Assembly (NCBI GenBank): GCA_013265495.1
Contig: MU058418.1
Span: 2,751,491 to 2,815,490, forward strand
Direction of reading: 5' to 3'
Length of the DNA stretch: 64,000 bases
DNA from: Vicugna vicugna
Taxonomy: Eukaryota
In this document: positions 25,401 through 37,400 of the stretch, one piece after another
Layout of the letters: every line of letters begins with the position of its first letter
Position numbering within the stretch: position 1 is the stretch's first letter
Translations under genes and position numbers: made by a program
Notes under the pieces: model-generated
What the model was told of the DNA's origin: nothing
Seen by the model: the letters and a program-made list of their open reading frames with translations, nothing else
Databases searched by the model: none

Positions 25401-28400
25401 TAGCCTGTGGATCCAGATTTGGGTGAAGGATCAAGGGAGAGTTCAATTAATTAGCAGCTCATGGGGGTAAAGAGGGAGAGCACGATCAATGAACAAGAAA
25501 ACCACAACCACCCCCCTACTTACCAACCAGTGAGCTATTAATAAGGTTTCTACAAACCTCCAGAACTGAATTACAAATTGGCTTCCAGTAAATAAAAATA
25601 CAGACAACAGTTGCTCTGCCCCTCTGCTATCTCGGTAAAGTTCTATAAACTGATGAGTACCTGGGGCGTAAAGATCCAAACGCTGGAGAGATAAATGCAG
25701 AATGGGGCCATGATGCTTCCCAAACGGCCCACCATGCTGCCGCTCCCCACAGCCAGTGACCTGGAAACACGAAGGGTGGTGGTGAGACAGCAGCAAGACC
25801 AGAAGACAAGCAGGGCACAGATGATGCAGAGGGTGAGGCAACAGCTGCCCAGAGCTTCTGCCCACCCTCCCAGCAGAGGATAAATAATAACACTTAAGTT
25901 GGCTTAATATATTTGGAAATAATTTTAATTTTTCAAGAATCGTTCGTGATTTATATTCGAACTCTGTGAAACAGCGGTGTATACAAGCATGCAGATAATT
26001 CAAGACAAGACAAAAAAAAGGGTAAACCAATCCTCATCATGAGGTCCTTACATATACTGATTCAGTCTAATATTGAGGATAGCATCTTGTTTTCTAGGGC
26101 AGGGGTTTATTCGTGCTATGGAATGGGGATTTGGGAAACTAAAAGATTTCTATCTATGGAACATTCTATTTCAATTTTTTAAAGTCAAGCAATATTTTAA
26201 TAAGTTTCCCTTTGAAAGTTATCTAAAGAAATCTTATATAATGTCTAGCAGGAAGCAAAGAAAGTGCTTTTCATGTGAATAAGTATCTCTTATTAAGCCA
26301 AGGAGAGAGGTGCCAGGAGAAACCAAACCTGCCAAACGCCTTGATCTCAGATGTCTAGCCTCCACGACTGTGAGAAAGGACACTTCTGCCATTTGAGGCC
26401 CCCAGTCTGTGTTCTGTTGTGGCGGCCCTAATAAACTAATGCAGCTGACATCAGGACATCAAGAGATATGTCCTGAGAAAACTAGCCCTGAGTCATACAG
26501 AGAGTCAGTGTAAGTCAACTGCATCTGAGATTTAAATGGTTGTAGGATAAGAGAGTGTTATTTCAAAACAACCTCTCTAATATCCTTGTTAATGACATAT
26601 AGGCAAAACCTCATATTCATCATGTAACCTTCCCATATCTTGGAGCTCCAGTAACTTCTACGGAAAGAAAGCATTTATACTCAAAGGTCAAATAAAATGA
26701 AATTGCACATAAGTGAAAGATAACAAGAAAACAACAGAAAAATAAGTAACTCCTACCTTACAATGGTTGGATACAGCTCTGCTGTGTAAAGGTAAACAAG
26801 GCCAATTGCTGCCCCTATGGAAAATTTCCCAGCCATAGTTGCCACCACAAACCAAACATGGTAATCCTGAAAATATATATATTAGCAAAATAGACCATCA
26901 TTTAGTCATCAAGTAATATTTTTAAAAGAAAAACAGAAAACCCTTAAAATTACTACTTAAAACTTTCTAATTCTCCGGTATTTTTCAGAACAATGAAGAG
27001 TTTTATTTTTGTCTGAATGTATTTTGTAAACTCTATTCATGGTCCACAAAAGTTTTCCCTCTTTATGAAATGTAGACGAAAGTTTTACTGTGCTTCCCCC
27101 AAGCCTCGGAGATTTCAAATTACCAAATAAGAAAAGCCATTTGGGAAGAGACGCTTTGGAATGAGGCCTGCCCAGATGGTGCACTTTTGCTGTTGTTTCT
27201 GACATGTTCCACTTCCAGGAGCCCCAAAGACCTCCCGTCGTCCACCTTTTCTCTCCTCCCCCGTCTACCAGCTAGAGGTTGCGACTCTGGGTACTTTGGT
27301 TCCCTGTGTTAAGGATGGCAGCACCTCTGTCGACCTGAGACCCTGAATGACTCCATGGAGCCAAACACTCCCTCATCCCTTCCATAGCCACCAGTGAGGT
27401 ACAACACATCGAACTTTCTAGGAGCAATAAATAAATGTCTATAATGTGAAGTCACTGAGATTTGGGGATGCCTCTATTAAAGGAGCCAGTGTCACCTTGT
27501 CACCTTAATTACTATTGTAGATAATATTTGTTAAATGAATTAATGGGACTTAAAAAAAAAACTTGTATTATGTTGCCACTACCATTTGGAGAGAAATTTT
27601 ATTAAAGAAGAGAAATTTGTAGTGAAGGGTTAGTGTTCTATTTCTAGAAATCCCCATCAGCCACTGTCCTGTCTTCCCCAGTACTGCTGGGGCTTAACTG
27701 CTGTAGAACTTGAGGGTTCCAGGATTCCCCTAAATCTGCACCAGCTCAAAGATAGCTTCCATCGATTCAACTAAAATAAGTGCAAGACACTTGAAAACAA
27801 ACAAAAAAGGTGTGGATGAAGCTCCCTTGAACTGGCAGAGACCTCCTTGTCTTAAGTAGTTTTAACTGATATGCATCAATTGTATATATCAATCACTTGG
27901 AAATTTCAATCCATAAAACATTTGATTCACCAACCCCGATAATTAAGTGAAGCATTACTGTAAAAGGAAATCACTGGTTAGCTTAAATTTTAAACAATAT
28001 GCAAAACTTAAAATGCCTTGATCTAGATGTTGAGATACTACTGCTTAAGAACGATATAATCACTGGAGAAAATTATATAAAATATTTTAAAGTATCATTA
28101 TAGTGACCATATTTTCTAAATTCAGAATGAAAATACAGGTTCTAATAACATTTTGGGGGAAAAAAGAGGGGCACTTCTGGGTGCAAGAGGTATTCTAGGG
28201 GATGGAGTTTGCCAAAATGTAGAAATATGAACGTCGTTTCAGTAGTTTATGGCAGTGTTTCTCACTGAGAAATTGCATTTTTAAAAACAAACTCCTTGGG
28301 GGATTTATGCATGTTAGAAATTGGAAACTACTAATCTATCACAGTGAAAAACAAGACTATTTAAATCGGAACAATCCTGAACATAAGACTCATTATATCT

Positions 28401-31400
28401 TTCAGCTGTCTCCATGGCTCCCTGCCTCCTTCAGGTTTCTGATCACACTTCTCTGAGCACACCATCCTCACTCACCTTAGATAAAATAAAACAGTATACC
28501 TGTGTGTTCCCCTCCATACACAGTCATTTTCCATCCCTCATCCTATTTTGTTTTTCTTCATTATACTCAGAGAAACTTGACTTACTGCATGTCTTCAGCA
28601 CCTAGAAAAGAATCTGGCACATACTAGATGCTGGATAGTTCTTTAACGAATAAATAAAGGTTTAAAATGACAGTAATTGCTGGAAGGTATAATCTACTCT
28701 CCTCGCTCAAGATTATCCTGTTTGGAGAGGGGAGGGTACAGCTCAGTGGAATAGTACATGCCTAGCACACATGAGGTCCTGGGTTCAATCCCCAGTACCT
28801 CCATTAAAATAAATAAATAAATAAATAAATAGTCATTATATGCAGATGACAATATCATATATAGAAAATCGTAAAGGCTCCACACAAAAGCTACTAGAGC
28901 TGATTAAAGAATTTGGCAAGGTAGCAGGATACAAGATTAGCATACAGAAATTGGTTGTTTCTTTACACTAACAATGAAATATCAGAAAAGGAATGACTAT
29001 GCTTCAATTAAAAAAAAATAATAAATAAATAAACCTAATTACCTCCCCTGTCCCAAAGAAAGATTATCATGTTTACAAAATACAACACTGGCCATCTCTG
29101 GGAAATGGGATTATGGGCACTTTTTTTCACATTTCCTTTTTTCCTTAAATTTTCTACAGCAAACTTGTTCTACTTATATAACAGAGAAAGAATAACTTTC
29201 TTTAAGAAAATATATTTTAAATATCTTGTATATACTCTATCCATATGTCTGAATTCATCTTCATACTTCATGTAATAAGCTAAAAATGCTCCCAACAAAC
29301 TACCACAGTATAACTAACCATTCCCTAAATTTAAAACATAAAATAACTCACCTTGGGGATCACCATCATCACAGCACTGGCCACGGCACTTGAGATAAGG
29401 GAGAAAATCAGAATGCTTCTTCTCCCTACACGGTCCATCCCGAAGCACACAAAGATGTAGGCAGGAATCTCCACTAATCCTGTCATGGAGCAAAATGACG
29501 CATCTCGATAAGTCATAGTGTCCAGGTGAACAAGGGGACCCTGCCTTCTAAGCCCCCTACTCAGAAGGAATGGTCAGCCCTCTCCCTGTTTCCAGGGGCT
29601 TCTAAGAACTATCCACCAACTGCCTGTGAGGCAGCAAGCTCTACCACTTTTCAGCTCACTAGAGTGGGGAGGATGACTGCTGTGACGTGCACTAATGCCC
29701 ACATAATCCGCCTAGCATTTATCACCTGTCCTCGGGATCTTATCCTCACAGGCGGGAGCTCCCCAGGACACAGCGCACACAGCACTGGAGGACGGCCGGT
29801 TGAGTGAGTAAATACGTAAGCTAACAGACAACACTGATCATTTCTGACCTTTGGCTTCTCCTGCGTGGCAGAACTATGGGGAAATTCTTGTATCAATAAC
29901 TTTAAACTTAGAAACTAAAGTAGGAAAGTTTAGGGTCGACTAGGTACGAAAACTGATGATAACTGCTTGGTAGATTTTAAACCTGAAAGTAAATCTAACA
30001 TGAATCTCCCACAGAACGGGGACTTTGTCTTGGATCTCTTTTTATTCCCTCCCTCAGAACAAAAAATAAAGAGCTGAATCCAAAAGTCTATAACTGACTT
30101 AAACGCCCTTCCATGGAAGAACCAAAGTTTAAATCTTAGAACTAGAAGAAAAAAAAGCTTTACATCTTACCAGCCAGAATGCAACAGGGAGCAAGCAAAA
30201 AGATCTCAGCAAAACTGAGCGAACCCAACAACAGCCTTTGAGGAACTGTCCCTGTTCACCAGCCTGGATCTTCCACGCAATTCAAAAGTCAGTTTTCTCA
30301 TCTCTCTGCAGCTCACCTAACCTCAGGATACTACCCAACCCTGCCTTTTAGGGCTGATACGCATTTGCCCATTGAACTACAGAATGTTACAAGCACCTTA
30401 CGAGGCAGGTCTGGGCCTACATGTCTCCTACAGCCTTGGGAACATATCACAGGGGGTGGATATGCACTTTCTGGGAGAACAGTCTTAGCAGTACATCAGA
30501 AATTAAACTCAGGTGCAGCTGCTCAAAAAAACAATGGCTGGGCAGAGGCCAAAAAAAAAAACATTCTGAGCCCCGCTGGAGAGACAGTCTCCCTCCCTTT
30601 CATGAATGTGAAAAATAAACAACTCCAGAGAAAATGCCTCCCTTTCTTTCACAGCCCCTTTGTAAGAGCCAAGCCTGCGGGCCAGCACAGTAAGTACGTC
30701 CATTACTCTACTCTTTTTTTTTTTAAGAGTTTATCGAGCACTTTTCAGGATCAAATAAAACAGTGATTCTCATGGGAGTAGGTCTGGATTTTTAGCCCCA
30801 CTTTGCAACTAAATTAAGTGATTTGAGCCAAATGAGTAGTCACAGCTCAGGCACCAGACACGTGAGGTCCTTGGGAGCCTCTTTCTTGCAACCTCTCTCC
30901 CTCATGTCTGATTCTCTCCACGTCTGACTCAGGGCTCCTCTCCACAACACTGTGTGCACAGCCACCAACCCGACCGCCTCCTGGAATCTACCAAAGCTGT
31001 GCAGCAACTGTGAAACAGCTGAAGAGACAGTTTAAGGTATATTCTACCCTGATTTTCCTTGAGTTGTTGGCTTCAGATACTGATACTATGTCTAACTTCT
31101 GATTTGACTCTGGGATAGAAACAGTGCAAGCAATGAGGCCCAACCCTTCTGGGACTAGGACCATGTGCCATTATTTCCTTCCCTTTATAACGTGTATCTC
31201 TCCAATCACTCAGACCCCATTCCGCTCCCCGTTCTACGTAACCCCAAAGGCACATCTTGAAGCTACTGAAGACTTTATCACCTGCAAGCAGCAAAACCTG
31301 CGCTGAAATTCCCACCAGCCCCAAACCATCTCAAGAAATGAAAAGTTGGTCAAAAATTTCACAGCACAGAAGTGTTGACTAGAAGCACCTGTCAGCCAGA

Positions 31401-34400
31401 GGACTGCTGGCAAGGGTAGTGACATGAAAAATCAGACACAGCAGAGACTATAAAACCATGCTATTTGTCTTGGAAACATTTTTATATTATATGATGAGAA
31501 CACCCAGTTTCCTGAGAATTTATATCTCCATCAAAATTAAGAAGCTATATCATAAAGATCTAAAACAGCAGCATTATTGAGCTCCCCCATGCCACACATC
31601 CTCCCTTGATTCTCCTGGAATTTGCTGCTCTGTTCTAGGAATAGTGCATCATTTCTCAAATGGACACACAGAACAGGTTTGAGGTCAATATGGGCTCTTT
31701 TTACAAACTTGTTGGTCTGCCCAAAAAAAGAGTAAAGTTTTTTTTCCTTAAAATGACTTCTCTCATAATTCCTGCTGAGCTATAATAAACAAAAACAGAC
31801 GTGACATTAGTGCACTTTAATGAGAAGGGGTGATATCTACATATAAAAAATGTAAAGCAAACTTTTCTAGGGATAATATCAAATACAGACAGCCTACATG
31901 GAAATAACCAGGAGTTAAGACTAGCTGGACAAATGGAGATTTCTGATAATTCTCTCACATTTGGTATGAATTTGAAGTCACACCTCAATTGATCACAGCA
32001 GTATCTGAAGCTATTTTAACCTGCCACTGAATTGAAAGAAGCATAAATTATAGTTGCACATATTTAGGTTACTTTACTGACTGAAATTCCTGAATTAAGG
32101 ACATCTGAAGGTAGAAAGATACCAGAAGATCTCTGAGGCATGTTAAATTTTAAAAGGAATGCAACCGGCAAAGAAGAAAATGTAGTGAATAATCTTACTT
32201 ATGTTAAAATATAAAATGTTTATCTGCACAAATATGTGGAGATGAATTAAAAGGGATGTGAAAGGGTACAAGCCAAATGTTACAGGGTTACCTCTGAACG
32301 ACAGTTCTGAGGCGCTGCTGAGCTTAAGGAAGGAAGCGAACAAGGAGAGGCAGAAAGGGAAGGAGGGACTCAAGTCTTCTGACTGCATTTTTTTTTTTAA
32401 GTAAACATATGCATGTGTAATACTAAAAGAGGCCACAAAATATAGTTGGCAGTATTGTTCCCAGTAGAAAAAAAGACAAAAACACACTCAAGGGGGGAGG
32501 GTATAGCGCAGTGGTTGAGCACATACTTAACATGCACAAGGTCCTGGGTTCAATCCCCAGTACCTCCTCCAAAAACAAAATAAATAAACCTATTTACCCC
32601 CCAAAAATAAATTAAATAAATAAATAAACTTTAAAGGGGATGAGGGTCTAGCTCAGTGGTAAAGTGCGTGCTTAGCATGTGCGAGGTCCTGGGTTCAATC
32701 CCCAGTAGCTCTATTAAAACACACACACACTCAAAACTTCGTAGAGATGTCACTTCATTCGCTGCACTTAAATATAACTTAACCACTTACCCATGAGGAA
32801 GAGATTTAAATATTCATTGCCTCCCAAATTAACAGAATTCAAGGAAAAGCAGTAGAACCCCAAACACCCTGTGAACCAAGTCAGCCAAACAGTAAGTGTC
32901 CTTGTTCCAATATTGCAGTCATAAAACAGATCTGATAGGCTGTGCTTCTCAACTTCAGAGGGCTTGTTGCCAGCAGGACCATGGCAACTCAGTGATGAAA
33001 GTTCTGACAGTTTACAGGATCTCGTCTTATTCCACTTGGCCATCGTGTTAATTACTTTTTGTGCTTCTTCATATTTTCCCTCTGAGAGAAGCCAAAAAGG
33101 TGTCTCCGGGAGCATCCAACAGCACAGGACAAAGGGGACAGTCACTGTGGAGAGGATTATTTGATAGATCCACCAGGTCCTGACAAAGTAGCCTGTCAAA
33201 GCCACCATCATGGTTCCAAATGCAAAAAAGGAATGCAAGTGAATGGACACCCATGTCCGGGACTTCATGCCAACAAATTCTGTCACATAGACAAACACCA
33301 CCACAAGATAGCCACTTGCAGCCTGCAAAACAAAGCAGAGACTGTGGTCCAGGTTAAAGGTCACACATATAACTACTAAGGAATCTGATCTCTCTGCAAA
33401 TCACATACAGACAAGAAAAAATAACAAAGCATTGTTTTCTGAAGCCTGTATCACATTTACACAGTGGAGTTTAATCTGATCCGTCCTTCTTTAAATGGGT
33501 CTTTTCATCTTCCCACACTTTGTCCACCCCAAATGGTAAAACTTGAGTGGTTACACATGATATAAATGTTACACACTGCCTTTCGCTTCATTTAAATATT
33601 CCTTTACAGTGTGAATTTATTTCTCAGTTCCATGCAAATGTCTGTATCAATTTATCTACGTAGAGGAGAGCCTTATTATTAAATCCTAAGTTTTAAATGG
33701 GGGACAAAAAAATTTTGCTAACTTTGGTAGCTAGTGAGAACTTATGGTAACTAGTGAGAGAAAAAAAAAGCTTGACTAAAGCTCTATTTTAACAAGCAAC
33801 AAAGAAAAAAAACAGACAAATTGGACTTCATGGAAATTAAAAACGTCTGTGAATCAAAGAACACTATCACCAGAGTGAAAAGGCAACTTACGGAATGAGA
33901 TATATGCAAATCATATATCTGATAAGAGATTAACACCCAGAATATATAGAGAACTTCTAAAACTCAATAAAATAGACCCTTAAAGGACATTCGGTCCTGT
34001 CCAAAGCATCTGTAAATCACTTGGTCCACACCAAACTGTCCTTGAAATTTGGTCCTATCCAAAACATCCATAAGCATATTTGGCCCATGCCAAATGGTTC
34101 TGGACAGGACCAGATATCAAGTACCTTTTTTTTCATAAATTTATTTATTTATTTAAGTGGAGGTACTAGGGATTGAACCCAGGACCTTGCGCATGCTAGG
34201 CATGCACTCTACCCCTGAGCTGTACCCTCCCTGCTCAAGTACCTTTTGGCATGGACCAAACTTCTTATGGATGTTTCAAACAGGACCAAACATCTGCTAA
34301 CCAAATAACTGAATTCAAAAATAGGCAAAGGACTTGGATTTCTACAAAGAAAATACACAAATGGTCAACAAGCACACAAAAAGATGCTCAGCATTACTAA

Positions 34401-37400
34401 TCATTAGGGAAGTGCAAAACAAGATCACAATGAGATACCACCTCATGGCCATTAAGATGGCTAGAATCAAAAAAGAAGGAGGAGGAGGAGGGGAAGGGGA
34501 AGAAGAAGAAAAAGGAGAAGGGGAAGGAGAAGGGGCAGAAGGAGAAGAAGAGGAAGAAGGAGAGGAAGAGGAAGGAGAAGGAGAAGAAAAAAAAATAACA
34601 AATGTTGATGAGGATGTGAAGAGATCAGAACACCTAGCACCGTTGGTAGGAATGTAAGATGGTAGAGCCACTATGGAAGAAAGTATGGAGATTCCTCAAA
34701 AAGTTAAAAATGTAATTACCATATGATCCAACAATCCCATTTTGGGAATATATGCAAAAGAATTTAAAGGGAGATCTCAAAGAAATATTTTCATACCCAT
34801 GTTCATAATAGCATTATTCACAGTAGCTATAAAATGGTAGCAACCCAAGCATCCATCAACAAATGAATAAATAAGCAAAATGTTGTATGTACATACAATG
34901 GAATACTACTTAGCCTTAAAAAGGGATATTCTGACATATGCTACAACATGACTGAATTTTGAGGACATTATACTAAGTGAAAAAGACAAATACTGTGTGA
35001 TTCCATTTATATGAGGTATATAGGATAGTCAAATTGACAGACAGAAAGTAGAATGGTGGTTGCTAGGGGTTGGAGGGAAGAGGGAATGGGGAGTTATTTT
35101 TTAATGAGTACAGAGTTGCAGATTTGCAAGATGAAAAGAGTTCTTAGAGATGGATGGTGGTGATGGTTGCACAATATGAATATACTTAATATCACCAAAC
35201 TATATATACTTAAAAATAGTTAAGATGGAAAATATTGTTATGTGTACTTTACCACAATAAAAAATGTGGGAAAAAACTATATTTTGAAAATGGGCCTATC
35301 TTTAATTTAACAAAATTTAAATTATATCAACAATATGTGATCATTCATGGAATAAACAAAGAATGACTCAAATGATGGAATTTTTTGTGGAGGGGGATGG
35401 ATAGTGGGGAAATGATTAGAATTTTTCTTACAAAATTATTTCACATTTGACTTTTATAAAACAAATCATAAGCTAATTTTTGTAAAATCATTCTAGAGGG
35501 CCACGGATTTCCCCAAAGGTCTCTCTTAATCCTTCGATATTTGAATCACACTCTTTTGAAGGCTCATCTTGTCATTATCCCTGTGGATGTTAATTTCTTC
35601 AAAAAGTTAACTGGTCTACCTCTGCCAGATCCCAATTTGTCAAGGGATCTGCATAGGATTCAGGCAGTTTTACCCCCATGCTTTCAAAGACTTTTTTGTA
35701 ATCAGGCATCTTTTGTAAGATCTGCAATTTCACTTTGCATCAGAGTCAGAAAGAGGCTGGCCTCCTAGTGGTAAGCAGGGAGGGGCTTGGTGGGGACTAT
35801 TGTATTAGTGGTCAGTTTCATATTTTGTGGCAATAGCTTTTATTTCCCCACAAAACCCTGTAATTGCAACACTCAGATAATGAACCCTGATAATGAGGAC
35901 TCCTATGTCCAAGAATCCAGTTGTTTGGTAAATGTTAGTTGCTATTAGAACAAAGAAAGATTATACTTCAAGTACTACAAATTTCCCCATTAAGAAAAGC
36001 TATAACATGAGTCCCCAAAATGTTTTTTTCAATGCCAATTCTTTCTGAGTCCACACCCACTTCCTACTGATTACTTCTGTCACTGGGTGCAGACAGTCCA
36101 TACACAACTGCCCAAATAATTCCAGAAGACTCTTTGACTCCATTCACACCTGTCACCTCCACTGATAACACTCAGTTCCTCACATCTACTCTGACCCCAC
36201 TGCCGACAAAGCAGCCAGAATGACCACTTCACCCCTGAATCCACTGAACCCCTTCCATGGATTCCAACTGCCTTCAGGAAACCAGGCAAACTCCTTATCA
36301 TCCTACAAGGCCCTGCCTAATCATCTCCCTCTCCTTCATCAATGTATTTCACCTCCTCTCTGTTCTCCTGGCATCTGGACCTTCAATTCTTTCTCATCTC
36401 AGGGCCTTCTCACTTGCTGCTCCCTCAACCTAGAAGGGTCTTCTCTTACCTAAGCCTCAGAATAAAAAGTCTCTGACTTTCCAGACTCCCCACCCCACCC
36501 CCAACCACAGGACCCCACCACTGTTAGTCCTCCACCATTAATACTGAAGGTATTTTTGAAGATGGCCTGTCAATGTCTTGCCTTGGGTTATGGAAACAGC
36601 CTGGTCTGGTTTCCTTAGCATTACACTCTGTGGGCAGATCAATAAATGTGCTGAGTAAATGAATCTGCCCACATCTTCCCTAGTCAGAATTGTATCAAAA
36701 ATACATTTCCCCAAAAAAACAAATGAAAGAACCACAAAAAATTCAGGCCACATTTTACAAATGTATTCTACAGGTGGCTATTTCATTTTCTTGGCTCTGG
36801 AAGTCTAACTCATGAAATTCTGAAAGACCAAAGTAGGTATTTTTTAATTAGTCTATTAAGTCTTCCCAAAGAGGGCTCTGCCCTCTCTCAATACCTGTCT
36901 ATGCCTCTGTTGAACCTGTGTGAACCACCATTCCCAGAAGGTCTCTGATCAGATCTCACTCTGCATTTCCCCTTATTCTGTCTTCGATGGAGACAGAACT
37001 GCTGGTTGTTATCTTTTGTATTAAAAACTCTCTACATTCCTAAATATATGTACACTTTTTTTTTAAGATGCAACACCTTCAGTTCTCCTAAATTTTTTGT
37101 TAAGTGCATCCTTCTATCCTTCGCCATCTGTGTGGCTTCCAAGGAAACTTTTCCAGCCATCAATGAAGACTCCAAAACAGAACACACCACTTTGCCCTCT
37201 GAGGGGTGCAGTGACCTCCTCTTCTGCGACTGAAGTCTTTGGCTTCTCTCCAGACCTAATTGTCCATTCTGGTGAGAGGGGATGCACGCCCTGCTCTGCA
37301 CGTTCAGCAAGATCACAAGCTCTTCCTGAAGATAAAACTTCGCTCTGTTGTCCTTGACCAGAGACCTCCAAACAGAATCACTGCTCCTGTTGTTTGGTAG

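Larger units (their letters stand above)
33795..35275 (+). mobile_element. L1 3' portion (ORF2 C-terminus and 3' UTR), interrupted by nested inserts
   Basis: Typical L1 text (aaattggacttcat, KRCSALLIIREVQNKITMRYHL, gaatggtggttgctagggg) ending in aataaaaaa. Confidence 0.9.

Noticed and set aside
25443..26030. 195-aa minus-strand ORF over exon 7
   Set aside because: It crosses exon 7 in a non-coding frame, the flanks are intronic, and there is no recognisable domain.
34334..34671. Glu/Gly-rich and Ser/Pro-rich ORFs
   Set aside because: L1 ORF2 remnant read through a purine microsatellite.
37055..37066. TTAAAAAAAAA run resembling a bornaviral transcription-termination signal
   Set aside because: It lies mid-way through the N-like region, so it is more simply a homopolymer slippage at a frameshift.
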